From the IMG/VR virus record IMGVR_UViG_3300045988_041312, positions 1-40,304 of that record: a stretch of DNA of 40,304 nucleotides, one strand, 5' to 3'. The notes below the pieces were generated by a model. It worked only from the letters and a program-made list of their open reading frames with translations, was not told the origin of the DNA and made no database searches. The translations under genes were made by a program, and so were the position numbers. The stretch's first letter is position 1. Each line of letters starts with the position of its first letter. Below, one piece after another: positions 8,054 through 17,622 of this stretch. This DNA is from a virus.

Positions 8054-9541
8054 TCACCCCTTAGACGTTTTAATAATTTTAGTCGGTGTTAAGCCTTTAA
8101 TGTTGTAGCTATGGCCATGAACCACTCTGTTCTTACTGGAGGAATTGCCATAATAGCCGCCATGACCATCATAAATCACTACATGCGAGTTATTACCGTA
8201 TACGATAGAATCGCCAGCCTCCAGGCTTCCCGCGTTAAAGGGCAGCACCTGAATACCGCTGCTTCTCGCATCGGACACCAGGCCACGTACACTGTATACG
8301 TGCTTCTGGCTTTCCGCCTTAAGGAATGGGCTGTAATACGAGCCAATCTTTCCGGCCGCTTCCGCGCATCCTTTTGACCCGTTGGCCATGGTTTGGCCAA
8401 GATAGGCATTAGCGCCTGTGCTTAGACCAGCGGAAACTTTAGAGCCTCCAGATTTAGCGGCCCCACCTCCAGGGCTTCCCCCGCCACCGCTGCCATTACT
8501 AATACCGGTTATCTTATCGCCTATCACATCCATATCCATAGTGTGTTCATGATTTGAAAAGGTATGTACCACGTTCTGCACGATAAGCCGTTTAGCTTGT
8601 GTATCATCCTGCTCCCACCCGGTTTCGCCTAGATTGATATTAATCCAGAGCATCGAACCGCCACGGATAGACAGATCACCGGCTGCGCCTTTAATGGATA
8701 ACGTGCGGCTTATCCGATTAAAGTGCTTAAGATAACTGTCCGCAAGCTGCCTGGGGTTCTGATTCTTTGCGTTCACGCTGGCGTGATACTGCAGCACGCC
8801 CCACTGTTTCCGGCTTTCTGACGCCTCATATTCCTTAGCCGTAGCCGGGGCATAAATCGTCTTATGCCCGTTATCGCCGTCATCTACATCCAGTTTGATG
8901 AGATTATAAGTTCCTTTATCAATGGTGCCGGTATAGGAATAATCCTGCGCTGTTTCCGCGTCAATCAGCAGATTGCTCTGCATCTCTTCCAGGTCTTTCA
9001 GCATCAACTTTCCGCAGTCATCATACAACGTGAAAAGTCGGTCGGTATGAATCATAGTAAGGTCCAGCGCATTCTGACACATATCAAGGACTGACGCATT
9101 GGCTTCCCGCCGTTTGTCTATCACATACCCGGTATCATCCAACTCCCCTACCAGTAATTCGAAGTCCTCTGCCAGTTCCTTAATCACTTCGGAAGCCTTC
9201 TTCCCCGTATAGGAAAAAGTATCCTTATTCAACAGATACCGCATCTGATCATAGGCGATGATATCCCAGTACTGGTCCTTGCCACGACGCATCTCAAAGA
9301 TAAAGCCGTGAAAAAACTGTTTTCCGTTCCATGACACATCAATGGTGTCACCGTACTCCATCTTCAGTGTCTCATCACGGACTAGCTTACAGGTCAGCTT
9401 TCCCGGGGCGCCTACCCAGTGCAGTTCCCATTTTGCGCCGTCAAAAACAGACGGAACAAAGTACTCTCCCGTCTTTTTATGGTAGATAACCGCGGCGAGC
9501 CCTTCAGTTTCGCCTCCGGTATATTGATTAAGCGTAATCAA
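8054..9541 (-). CDS. XkdQ-like tail hub protein (late control D-like) fused to a C-terminal CHAP/NlpC-P60-type peptidoglycan hydrolase domain
   Basis: About 330-aa N-terminal body in the XkdQ position. Gly-rich linker GSGGGGSPGGG. C-terminal Cys (GSKGCAEAAG) and His (VVIYDGHGGYYG) are spaced as in CHAP cysteine-histidine peptidases. Confidence 0.65.
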   Translation of the reverse strand: MITLNQYTGGETEGLAAVIYHKKTGEYFVPSVFDGAKWELHWVGAPGKLTCKLVRDETLKMEYGDTIDVSWNGKQFFHGFIFEMRRGKDQYWDIIAYDQMRYLLNKDTFSYTGKKASEVIKELAEDFELLVGELDDTGYVIDKRREANASVLDMCQNALDLTMIHTDRLFTLYDDCGKLMLKDLEEMQSNLLIDAETAQDYSYTGTIDKGTYNLIKLDVDDGDNGHKTIYAPATAKEYEASESRKQWGVLQYHASVNAKNQNPRQLADSYLKHFNRISRTLSIKGAAGDLSIRGGSMLWININLGETGWEQDDTQAKRLIVQNVVHTFSNHEHTMDMDVIGDKITGISNGSGGGGSPGGGAAKSGGSKVSAGLSTGANAYLGQTMANGSKGCAEAAGKIGSYYSPFLKAESQKHVYSVRGLVSDARSSGIQVLPFNAGSLEAGDSIVYGNNSHVVIYDGHGGYYGNSSSKNRVVHGHSYNIKGLTPTKIIKTSKG

Positions 9542-10269
9542 AACTTAATCACCTGCTTCCTCAGTTCTTCCACTGGGTTATATATTCCGTTATTAAGCGC
9601 CACCTGGCGCCAGTCAAGACTACCATTCGTCGCCCCTTTAACAGCTTCCCATACCGTCATGCCCTTAGTTACCTCCACGGCATGAGGGAAAGCCATATCC
9701 TCTGTTTCCCGCGGAGAGTTAACCACCAGTTTCTGGTTCCCATTTTCATCTGTCTGCAGTGTTGCCGTCTTAGTCCCGAATGCCCGGTACTGCTTAAGAC
9801 GCACCGGCACCGTCACATCCATGCCGTCATTTTCTGCATCTTCCTCTATGGTGTAGCTTTCCAGTGTCACGAGCATATTCGTACTGAAAAGCAGACTGAA
9901 TCCGGAGCCCATACGGGTAACAATGAAACGAAACGGCGTTCTGGTTATCTTGTACTGCTCCAGCGCCTTCAGATAAAAATCGGCTTTGGTAAAGCCAAAA
10001 AGGCGGGAGCCTCCGGCAAGACTTCCCAGTAATCGCTTCCCCAGTTCGTTCTTTGCCGCCATAGCCAGAGAATTATCATACGCCGCCCAAGGGTAGTCCT
10101 GATTAGGCAGCCGTACATCAAATGAGATTTCCGACAGCCCCGGGGTCTTAATCAGGTTGCATTCCCCTTCATTAATCAGATTAATGGTCTTGTTCTTTCC
10201 CTTTATGGAAAGGGACATCTTATCCGGAGGAACCGGAAGCTGAAGTATCCCCATAAAAAAGTAATACAT
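9538..10269 (-). CDS. XkdP-like tail protein with C-terminal LysM-like motif
   Basis: Lies immediately after the tape measure gene. C-terminal HAVEVTKGMTVWEAV...NNGIYNP fits a LysM pattern. Confidence 0.55.
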   Translation of the reverse strand: MYYFFMGILQLPVPPDKMSLSIKGKNKTINLINEGECNLIKTPGLSEISFDVRLPNQDYPWAAYDNSLAMAAKNELGKRLLGSLAGGSRLFGFTKADFYLKALEQYKITRTPFRFIVTRMGSGFSLLFSTNMLVTLESYTIEEDAENDGMDVTVPVRLKQYRAFGTKTATLQTDENGNQKLVVNSPRETEDMAFPHAVEVTKGMTVWEAVKGATNGSLDWRQVALNNGIYNPVEELRKQVIKF

Positions 10270-12170
10270 CAGGCATGCACCTCCTGCGCCGCATTAACCA
10301 TACCATCGCGGAGGCCTGCGGTAAGCTTATCCACTACCCCATCAATATCCATATCATTGCTGATCTGGTTAGTTACCCCGCCAAGGTCAATGGTTACCGA
10401 AGCGGTGGTGTACTTATCTATGGCCTTGCGTTCTGCCAGCTCACGGAGAAGCCGGAGGTCATCCCCTGCAAAATCCATGGCCTGCGCCATCTTGCCGGTA
10501 TTGGCCGCGGTGGCCTTGCCGTTCTTGGCTATATCCCCAACGGTGCCTGCGCCAGCGCCGGCTCCGCCAATTTTAGGCATGGCCGGTGTGCTGACCTTCG
10601 GTACCAAGCTATCCAGACTGAAATTTTTAACGCCATCGCTCCATTCCTTGCCCCAGTCACCTTGCGTATAGCTGATTTCTGCTGTCTGCTGAATGTTGGT
10701 TCCAAATACTTCATTGATTTTCGTAGCCGCCTTATTGAGACCACGAATCAGGAAATTGATAGAACCAATCATGCCATCCACGCAGCTCTGAACAATCCGG
10801 CCCATGGACTCGAATGCCTCAGCTATGGCATTTCTAAGTCCTACGGTATGAATCTTCCAGGCGGCAAACACTCCGATTACCACCAATACCAAGGCAATGA
10901 TTACTCCGAGTGGGTTAGCCATCATAACCGCATTAAGCAGTGCCTGCGCGGCAGCGGCTCCAAGGGTTACAATCCTCCATTCCCCTGTGACGGTTTTCAG
11001 AACGGCTGTTCCAGCGGCTTTCGCCGCATCTATTGCAATTCCAAGCATTTCCTCCGCATTGGCGGCTACCCACTCGCCAGCAATAAGCCCCAGATAGGCT
11101 AAATAGACCTCAAACAGGCCGAACAATGTAGGACCGAACACCTCAAGAAAAGCGGTTCCCAGTCCTACCACCCAGCTGCACAGTGTACTTATGCCATCTA
11201 TAAGATACCCAAAACCGGATACCAGTCCATTGATGGCGGCGCCTGCTACATTTCCGAATATGGTAATCGCAGAAGCCAGCCCATTAAATACAGACTGCAG
11301 AGCGGAAGAATTCGCTGTTCTCTGCACGGCGGTATATACAGGTACCATCGCCCGTTCCGCTATGCTTCCCATATTCTGCATCATGGCGCCCCACGTCATC
11401 GGCATGGACTCGAACTGTGCATTAATTTCCTTCGCATTATGCAAAATGGCATCACGCAAAACATCCGCAGTGATAACCCCCTGCGAGGACAGTTTCTTTA
11501 ACTGGCCCTGAGTAACGCCCATTTCCTTTGCAACCATCTGTTCAATCAATGGCGCGGCTTCGGCAATGCTTCGGAATTCATCCCCCTGCAATTTGCCGGA
11601 ACCTAATGCCTGGGTAAGCTGAAGCATGGCGTCCTTCTGTTGCTGAACGCCGGTACCACCAATAGCAAAGAGCTTCTGAATCTCTTCTACAAAGGGTACT
11701 ACCGTCCGGGCATCAGGAAACGCTTCTTTTGCCGTCATGGCAATCTTAGATACGCTGTCCAGCATGCCATCATAAGAGCCGCGGGCTCGCAGTGCGGACT
11801 GAAAAATCATGTCATTCATCTGGGCAGTCCGTTCTGCACTTCCGGAAACCATCTGGAGGCGTGCCTGCATGCCTGAATAGGCGTCAGCAGCCTTCATCAG
11901 TTTCCCTGGAATCTGTGCTACCGCATCTGCAATGCGCATAGCTATATTCGCTGCTATATTTCCCATAGTAAAGGTGCTAAGCATACCGGAGAAGGCAGAT
12001 TTGGCACTTCCCAGAGCACTGCTTGCCCCTGAGGAAGCCCCTTCCATGGCTTCCATAGCGCCTTTAGCCTTTTCAATACTTACCGCCATACCGTCAGCCG
12101 CATTGGCGATTCGAATCATGACGGCTGAAGAGCCATCTACAAGGGATATGGTTTCAGAAATTCCCGCCAT
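10269..12170 (-). CDS. Tail tape measure protein
   Basis: 633 aa, Ala/Gly-rich and helical, with a hydrophobic central region. Perfect AAAGGAGGTAAAG SD before the ATG. Follows the chaperone gene. Confidence 0.85.
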   Translation of the reverse strand: MAGISETISLVDGSSAVMIRIANAADGMAVSIEKAKGAMEAMEGASSGASSALGSAKSAFSGMLSTFTMGNIAANIAMRIADAVAQIPGKLMKAADAYSGMQARLQMVSGSAERTAQMNDMIFQSALRARGSYDGMLDSVSKIAMTAKEAFPDARTVVPFVEEIQKLFAIGGTGVQQQKDAMLQLTQALGSGKLQGDEFRSIAEAAPLIEQMVAKEMGVTQGQLKKLSSQGVITADVLRDAILHNAKEINAQFESMPMTWGAMMQNMGSIAERAMVPVYTAVQRTANSSALQSVFNGLASAITIFGNVAGAAINGLVSGFGYLIDGISTLCSWVVGLGTAFLEVFGPTLFGLFEVYLAYLGLIAGEWVAANAEEMLGIAIDAAKAAGTAVLKTVTGEWRIVTLGAAAAQALLNAVMMANPLGVIIALVLVVIGVFAAWKIHTVGLRNAIAEAFESMGRIVQSCVDGMIGSINFLIRGLNKAATKINEVFGTNIQQTAEISYTQGDWGKEWSDGVKNFSLDSLVPKVSTPAMPKIGGAGAGAGTVGDIAKNGKATAANTGKMAQAMDFAGDDLRLLRELAERKAIDKYTTASVTIDLGGVTNQISNDMDIDGVVDKLTAGLRDGMVNAAQEVHA

Positions 12171-12181
12171 CTTTACCTCCT

Positions 12182-12356
12182 TTACGACTTCGGCTGATTA
12201 CGACGTTCTTCCCTGATCGCAATCGACACCGCAGCGGCGACAAACGCCCTATCCTCTGCGGACAATGACAGCAGATAGGACGGCGCCCACTTAAATCTGA
12301 ACAGACAATAATAGGCGATGTTTGCCCAAAAGTCATCGCCTTCAATTAGTTTTTTG
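12182..12356 (-). CDS. Minus-1 frameshift extension of the tail assembly chaperone (GT-like product)
   Basis: Slippery heptamer A_AAA_AAC (plus coordinates 12349-12355) lies immediately before the chaperone stop codon. The -1 frame is open for 58 codons (KKLIEGDDFWANIAYY...IREERRNQPKS) and stops at 12182-12184, just before the tape measure SD. Confidence 0.6.
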
Positions 12357-12774
12357 CGGTTTCAATCTTATCCGCCATGTCATTCTCAAAGCCCAGAGCC
12401 TGAATAATGGCATTAAACAGGTTAGTAAATTCCCCCGGCAAAAGCATCTTGGAAATGAGCTGTTCTGCACCAATGGCGCCATAATGCGCCTGCAGTTCTG
12501 CATCATTCAGATTCGGGTAGGTCACACACTTAGCACACAGCGCCTTCATATAGCGCACGTTATCGGTGGTAGTTTCCTTCTTACCAGTTGCCCCGACAAA
12601 TTTCTTTGTCGCGGAAAGAATCAGCTTCTCATTTTCGGACGCGGTAAGCAGATGAAACTTCCACGGAATCGGATTGCCGGATTCATCGGTGAATCGAGAG
12701 CTTGCTACATAACTGATTTCTTCAGTATCAATTTCCGGAGCCTTCATAAAGGCATTAAAATTTTCGGCCATCAT
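12346..12774 (-). CDS. Tail assembly chaperone (XkdN-like)
   Basis: 142 aa between the tube and tape measure genes. Acidic C-terminus ending at the slippery site. Confidence 0.7.
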   Translation of the reverse strand: MMAENFNAFMKAPEIDTEEISYVASSRFTDESGNPIPWKFHLLTASENEKLILSATKKFVGATGKKETTTDNVRYMKALCAKCVTYPNLNDAELQAHYGAIGAEQLISKMLLPGEFTNLFNAIIQALGFENDMADKIETAKN

Positions 12775-12783
12775 ATCCTCCTG

Positions 12784-13266
12784 TTACTTCATACCATCAA
12801 GGTCTTTAAACTTGGTCGGCTGTTCCACATCTTCAAAGGTAAAATTGAGTTCCTGTTCCAGCCAATCCCCGCCGGCATCAAATGCAGCAACCACCACAGA
12901 ATCCAGGTTGCAGTCCTTAAGAATTGTCGTAGATTCCCCGGCGTCAGATGTGGGGTCGTCATTGGTAATCTGCATATCGAAATATACATCCTTGCCGGTG
13001 TTCTTATAATCCATCATCATCTGTGTGAACCGGGAAGTATTGTAATAAATGGTCATAGAGCCGGTACCGTTGCAGCCTGTGGATTTGTGTCCTTTGCTAG
13101 TACGCCCCAGAATATCAACTTCCTTCTTGGTCTTTTCCAGTTTTGCTTCCAACTTCTTAGCCTGGAACAGCAGGAAGCGTTCCCCGTTAACCGTCACATA
13201 GGCGGTGGCTTCACGGGCGGAAATAACATCTTTTGCGTGCATTGTACGGATTGCATTAATTGCCAT
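12784..13266 (-). CDS. Tail tube protein (XkdM-like)
   Basis: 160 aa immediately after the sheath gene. Size and position are typical of contractile tail tube proteins. Confidence 0.75.
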   Translation of the reverse strand: MAINAIRTMHAKDVISAREATAYVTVNGERFLLFQAKKLEAKLEKTKKEVDILGRTSKGHKSTGCNGTGSMTIYYNTSRFTQMMMDYKNTGKDVYFDMQITNDDPTSDAGESTTILKDCNLDSVVVAAFDAGGDWLEQELNFTFEDVEQPTKFKDLDGMK

Positions 13267-13278
13267 AACTTACCTCCT

Positions 13279-14640
13279 TTAAGCAACGACTATCGCGCAG
13301 TACAGTTTTTCCATGCAGCAGGTCGGCTGAACGGTTTCGTTATACAGTACAGCAGTCTTTTCTGTTCCCTGAGTCGGAACAGGAATATCTTCAGATTTAA
13401 AGTTCTGAATGGCTCGGATTCGCTGATATTCCTTATGGAGGAATACGGCATCGGCCCACAGTGCCTTTCTGCCTTCATCGTCATTCTGCTCCTTGCCCAG
13501 ATAAGTCTTATTGAACAGATTAGCCAGGTCGGTTGCCAGCTGGTCAAGCACTCGCATAACCTGATTCAGAGCAAAATCCTTGTTCTTCTGCTTGGTATAG
13601 CTGGTGTATGTGTTGATATCTGTCAGCACCTTCACCTTGCCCACCAGCTCCCCGGACAGGGTTTCCTGTACGCCATGGAAGGCCAAACGGCCTGTCTGAA
13701 TCGCCCGCTTCAAATCCAGCTGACTGTATGCAGTATCTACAGTAAATTCGCCGTCATAATCCGCATTGGTCAGACTGGCATTAATTGCACAGGACGCTTC
13801 TGCACCGGTCAGCCAGTATACCAGGGAAGCCGGAGACGCCCCGGAATCCTTGACCTTATTCAGGATAGAGATAATTCCTTCATAATCAGCGGTATCATCG
13901 CCATAAATTACGAGCTGGAACTTAGAACCTTCATCATCTCTCATGCGCTTCACGAAATTCTTCAAAAGCCCCATGATGTCCTTATCGGTCCCCGGGTACC
14001 CCATCACATTAAAGTAATATGGGGAAATTGCGTCCAGATAGTCCTGATACTGCTTAGCGGTCACGGCCTCCCCATTAGAACCGCCGGCCAGCGGGGCTGC
14101 CGCAGACGCCTTAAGTGCGGTATCACTGTGGTCTTTCCATACCACATAATCGTTATCCTTGACATCAGCCCACGTGGATAGCGCCTTCTGCTTATCTACT
14201 GCGGTCTGCACGCCATCCAGCAGCACGTAGGTAATGACATCGAACTTTGTTGGTTCATCCACGTTGGAGGCTACTTCTACACTGAAGGCGTTACCGCGTA
14301 CACCACCATATTTAGCAGTTGCCAGGGTATTCGCCGCCTTTACCGGGGAATTGGCCAGACGGTAAAAATAAACCATCTTCGCATTGATGAACAGGTCTCG
14401 CAGGCCCTTAAGTTCATCGGCCGCATAATCATAGCCGAAGTACTTCATGGAATTTTCCTGAAATTCTTCATTGGTTACCGGGAATACCGTATCTTCCGGG
14501 CCCCAGTCAAACGGAAGCGCCATGGTCGCATATCCTCGGTCTGCGATTGCCGCTTCCGCTCTGTATTTACTTACAAAATTGATGTATGTACCAGGCAGAA
14601 TCTTATTCTGAAACTGCCAGGTTCCTCCACCTAAAGCCAT
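13279..14640 (-). CDS. Contractile tail sheath protein (XkdK-like)
   Basis: 453 aa. N-terminus MALGGGTWQFQNKILPGTYINF is typical of sheath proteins. Confidence 0.8.
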   Translation of the reverse strand: MALGGGTWQFQNKILPGTYINFVSKYRAEAAIADRGYATMALPFDWGPEDTVFPVTNEEFQENSMKYFGYDYAADELKGLRDLFINAKMVYFYRLANSPVKAANTLATAKYGGVRGNAFSVEVASNVDEPTKFDVITYVLLDGVQTAVDKQKALSTWADVKDNDYVVWKDHSDTALKASAAAPLAGGSNGEAVTAKQYQDYLDAISPYYFNVMGYPGTDKDIMGLLKNFVKRMRDDEGSKFQLVIYGDDTADYEGIISILNKVKDSGASPASLVYWLTGAEASCAINASLTNADYDGEFTVDTAYSQLDLKRAIQTGRLAFHGVQETLSGELVGKVKVLTDINTYTSYTKQKNKDFALNQVMRVLDQLATDLANLFNKTYLGKEQNDDEGRKALWADAVFLHKEYQRIRAIQNFKSEDIPVPTQGTEKTAVLYNETVQPTCCMEKLYCAIVVA

Positions 14641-14651
14641 TTCATACCTCC

Positions 14652-14837
14652 TTACGCATTCACTTCTTCTACTACTTCATGAGAAAGCGCCTTGGCAATA
14701 GCCTCTTCTACTGCTTCAGCGGTATAGGTTTCAGAGTCTGAAAGCGCCATAGACAATGCGTCTCTGTACGCTTCATACTTTTCAGACTCCAGAATCTGTC
14801 GTTTAGTAAACTTCGGTTCGTCCATTGGTTCGTCCAT
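14652..14837 (-). CDS. Small acidic hypothetical protein
   Basis: 61-aa ORF tightly packed between structural genes. Confidence 0.4.
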   Translation of the reverse strand: MDEPMDEPKFTKRQILESEKYEAYRDALSMALSDSETYTAEAVEEAIAKALSHEVVEEVNA

Positions 14838-14840
14838 CGG

Positions 14841-15281
14841 TTAATCCTCCTTAACATGCTGAGACTGTTTTAAGGTCTCCATAAATTCGCCCTTAGGCGG
14901 CGGAATATAGAATCTGTCCGGATAGGTGATATGTATATGCAGCGCCTCATCAATCGTGCTGCTTATATCTTCCCCGCGGATTGCATCCCCGGTTCGCAGT
15001 TTCAGCGTTTCCAGTCCCAGTTCAAGCGGGGCAATCTGCGCATACAGATCTTTATAATCCACACTGTCCCCCTCATCAAACGTAGTGATATAGCTAATTT
15101 GAAAAGACAGGTTCCTTACATAATGCCCTTTCAGCTCCGGAATAAGCTGTGAGTCAATGACTTCAACAAAAAAACAAGGCGCTTCAAAGCCTTGTTTCTG
15201 CTGACTCGTATATATCGGGATAGCGCCCCCATACAGGGAATACAGGGTATCCACAATCCCCTGAAGTATGGTATTTATCAT
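14841..15281 (-). CDS. Putative tail terminator/neck protein (XkdJ-position)
   Basis: 146 aa between the gp10-like gene and the sheath gene. Assigned by synteny only. Confidence 0.4.
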   Translation of the reverse strand: MINTILQGIVDTLYSLYGGAIPIYTSQQKQGFEAPCFFVEVIDSQLIPELKGHYVRNLSFQISYITTFDEGDSVDYKDLYAQIAPLELGLETLKLRTGDAIRGEDISSTIDEALHIHITYPDRFYIPPPKGEFMETLKQSQHVKED

Positions 15282-15745
15282 TCAAACCCCTTTCTCAGAT
15301 ACTGGCGGAATCTGCGTCTTACGATCTTCTCCACATCCCTCTTCACTTCATCATGGGCTTTCTGAAGCATGTGCTGCCCCGGAACCCACGGCTTTTTAAG
15401 ACGCTTGCCCAGTACGGGGACGAACTGCCCCACGTGCTGACGGTGCCCATATTCCACATAAGACGCGTACTTCACATTGTTCAGTACCTTGGCTTCGTAA
15501 GTGCCCCCGCGCCTTTCCGAAGGCGTAGCGTTCCATCCTCGGCGAAGCGTTCCACCGGCAGCAATCCTCTGCCGCTTACCTGTCACAGGGTCTACAGCAT
15601 ATACGCCTTCTCCCTCCGGAGTCTTTTTCTTTACCTTGCTTAGTACCCGCCCGGCCAGTTCGTTTACGCATCCATTATAGAAGGCATCCTTCACTTCCGG
15701 AGAAGCCAGTGCACGCATCCGCTTAGCAAAATCCCTGTACTTCAT
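15278..15745 (-). CDS. Tail completion protein, HK97 gp10-like
   Basis: GGTLRRGWN...NNVKYASYVEYGHR resembles the HK97 gp10 family motif. Confidence 0.6.
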   Translation of the reverse strand: MKYRDFAKRMRALASPEVKDAFYNGCVNELAGRVLSKVKKKTPEGEGVYAVDPVTGKRQRIAAGGTLRRGWNATPSERRGGTYEAKVLNNVKYASYVEYGHRQHVGQFVPVLGKRLKKPWVPGQHMLQKAHDEVKRDVEKIVRRRFRQYLRKGFE

Positions 15746-16116
15746 GGATGTTCCTCCCTGAGTTCCAGCGCAATTTCCTGATGATGGGCGTATCGGGCAG
15801 TAACTCCGGCTGAAATATACCGTCTTACCGTACCGTCGGAAAAGGTAATGTCTACACAGGCCCCTTCCGGAACTGAAATATCCGGTTCCATAATCAGGGT
15901 AATCAGCTGAGACACACCAGCTGGAGCGACGCCCTCAGCTGGTGCCTCCGGTGCGGACTCCACATTCACACGGCATGCCGCCTTCCCGATATTGGCTTTC
16001 TTCATTGTGGTTTCATGCGTATAAAAATCGGCGGTCTTCTTGTAGGTGTATACCTCGCATGTGGAGTCAAACAGCGACACAATCGCCTTACTTACCACCG
16101 CAATTTTCGGAAACAT
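15742..16116 (-). CDS. Head-tail adaptor / head closure protein
   Basis: 124 aa between the gp6-like connector and the gp10-like gene. Confidence 0.5.
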   Translation of the reverse strand: MFPKIAVVSKAIVSLFDSTCEVYTYKKTADFYTHETTMKKANIGKAACRVNVESAPEAPAEGVAPAGVSQLITLIMEPDISVPEGACVDITFSDGTVRRYISAGVTARYAHHQEIALELREEHP

Positions 16117-16460
16117 GCTATCAGCTCCTTATCCAGTGATATCAGGGCATTGGCAAGACTGGACAGCCGTTCTGCCGTAGACTGCCCGGTGAGCTGTACA
16201 GTAACCTTCCCTTCGGTAATAGAACTTACTACCCGTGTGCCTTCCTCGCCTGACATATCCGCTATACGGCTCCGGATATAGCGCCCGGCGGTCATTCTGA
16301 CGTGCATCGGATCCAATCCTTCGGGAAGTGTTTCCAGATTTGTCGCCGCCTTTAATTCCGTTTCGGTGGCATTCCAGAGATACTGAATAAGCGACGTATC
16401 CGTGTCCGGTGCTTTGTAATTCGTCAAGCCCTGAATGAGCAGATAAACGTCATCAATCAA
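16092..16460 (-). CDS. Head-tail connector protein (gp6-like)
   Basis: 122 aa. GGAGGTG SD. Position and helical N-terminus are typical. Confidence 0.55.
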   Translation of the reverse strand: MIDDVYLLIQGLTNYKAPDTDTSLIQYLWNATETELKAATNLETLPEGLDPMHVRMTAGRYIRSRIADMSGEEGTRVVSSITEGKVTVQLTGQSTAERLSSLANALISLDKELIACFRKLRW

Positions 16461-16574
16461 GGTATCACCTCCAATAAAAAAGCACCCACACCTTTATAGT
16501 ATTTTTTCACAAAATTCTTATGATGTTTGTTATTCCAGGGGGCAGACTCTAACACATCGATAAAATAGGCCTTA

Positions 16575-17600
16575 TTAGACTCCTCTTTTAAGATACTTTT
16601 TTTCCCACTGTGAATAGGTCATCTCTTCGGTCTTACTGCCCTTACCTGTGTCCGGGTCTCTGGCCCATCGCGTTGTATCGTTATCCTCATAATAAGGAAC
16701 CAGAGTACAGCGGCAATGGGGGTGCATGGGCGGGGCGTTTACCCCGGGTTCCAGATATTTGCGTTCAATCACGGAGCCATCAAGCTCTCCGCACGTACCA
16801 CATGTGTGCATTTCCAGAGTGGCCACGTACTCCATCTTATCGACTCCCAGTTTGTCCGCCGTCTCGAGGTCTGCTAGTGTCTGCGCATAGGTGCATTCGG
16901 TCTGTACAAGCCTTGTGGCCTGATAAAGCCCTACACCCATTTCTTTCGCCAGTCGTTTTCCGGCATCCACCGGGGTATCCCCACGCACCAGCATCCGTAC
17001 CAGTTCACCCTGCAGCTTACCTGCCAGGGCTTCCCTATTCTGCCACAATCTGTCAGACCAGTTATGGCCATCCGCTGTCCATGGTTTGAAAAGTACCTTA
17101 TCTACTGCATCATCAGGTATCTCCGAAAATGAGGAGTATTTCCCTTCTGCCTGTTGCCTGAGATATTCATTATGATAGGTCTCATCCGTATAGGTATCCC
17201 GCAAGGCCTGCGCCGTCACATCCTCCGTCTCATGATACAACTCATACAGCTTATTCCGTATGGAAAGCTCCAGCTGTTCCAGTCGGGAGATATGCACTCG
17301 GGCGCTGGCCGCCGCGAGCTCCTTTTCCCATCTGCCATCCTTATTTTCCCGCGCCTTCTTCTCGAATTCCTTCAAGGACATTCGAAGCGCCTTCATGTCA
17401 CGGGTATCCAGCAGACGGTGGGCTTCCTGCAGAGTCACGCCCTGCTCCCTTGCAAAGCGGGCATACCAGGCCAGTATATCGTTTTCGACATCCCTTATGG
17501 CGCGCTCCCAGTATTCAGCGAGTTCCTCGGTCATGTCATCAATGCGCTTATGCTGCGCCTTCTGCTGTTCCAGAGCCCGCCTTTTCCAGTAATCGCTCAT
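16575..17600 (-). CDS. Head morphogenesis protein, Mu F / SPP1 gp7 family
   Basis: Motifs NWSDRLW and PPMHPHCRC are characteristic of the MuF family. Confidence 0.8.
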   Translation of the reverse strand: MSDYWKRRALEQQKAQHKRIDDMTEELAEYWERAIRDVENDILAWYARFAREQGVTLQEAHRLLDTRDMKALRMSLKEFEKKARENKDGRWEKELAAASARVHISRLEQLELSIRNKLYELYHETEDVTAQALRDTYTDETYHNEYLRQQAEGKYSSFSEIPDDAVDKVLFKPWTADGHNWSDRLWQNREALAGKLQGELVRMLVRGDTPVDAGKRLAKEMGVGLYQATRLVQTECTYAQTLADLETADKLGVDKMEYVATLEMHTCGTCGELDGSVIERKYLEPGVNAPPMHPHCRCTLVPYYEDNDTTRWARDPDTGKGSKTEEMTYSQWEKKYLKRGV

Positions 17601-17622
17601 CCTGGTATCCCTTTCCGGCTAA

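Noticed and set aside
10275-11102. 275-aa plus-strand ORF
   Set aside because: Antisense to the tape measure gene. Shadow ORF.
12154-12345. 63-aa in-frame ORF after the chaperone stop (Cys/Arg-rich)
   Set aside because: The open and protein-like frame here is -1, reached through the A_AAA_AAC slippery site. The 0-frame translation looks like non-coding GC-rich sequence, and it overlaps the tape measure start.
12322-14181. 619-aa plus-strand ORF
   Set aside because: Antisense to the sheath, tube and chaperone genes. The composition is Cys/His/Phe/Ile-rich, there is no RBS and no recognisable domains. It is a shadow ORF of strongly supported minus-strand genes.
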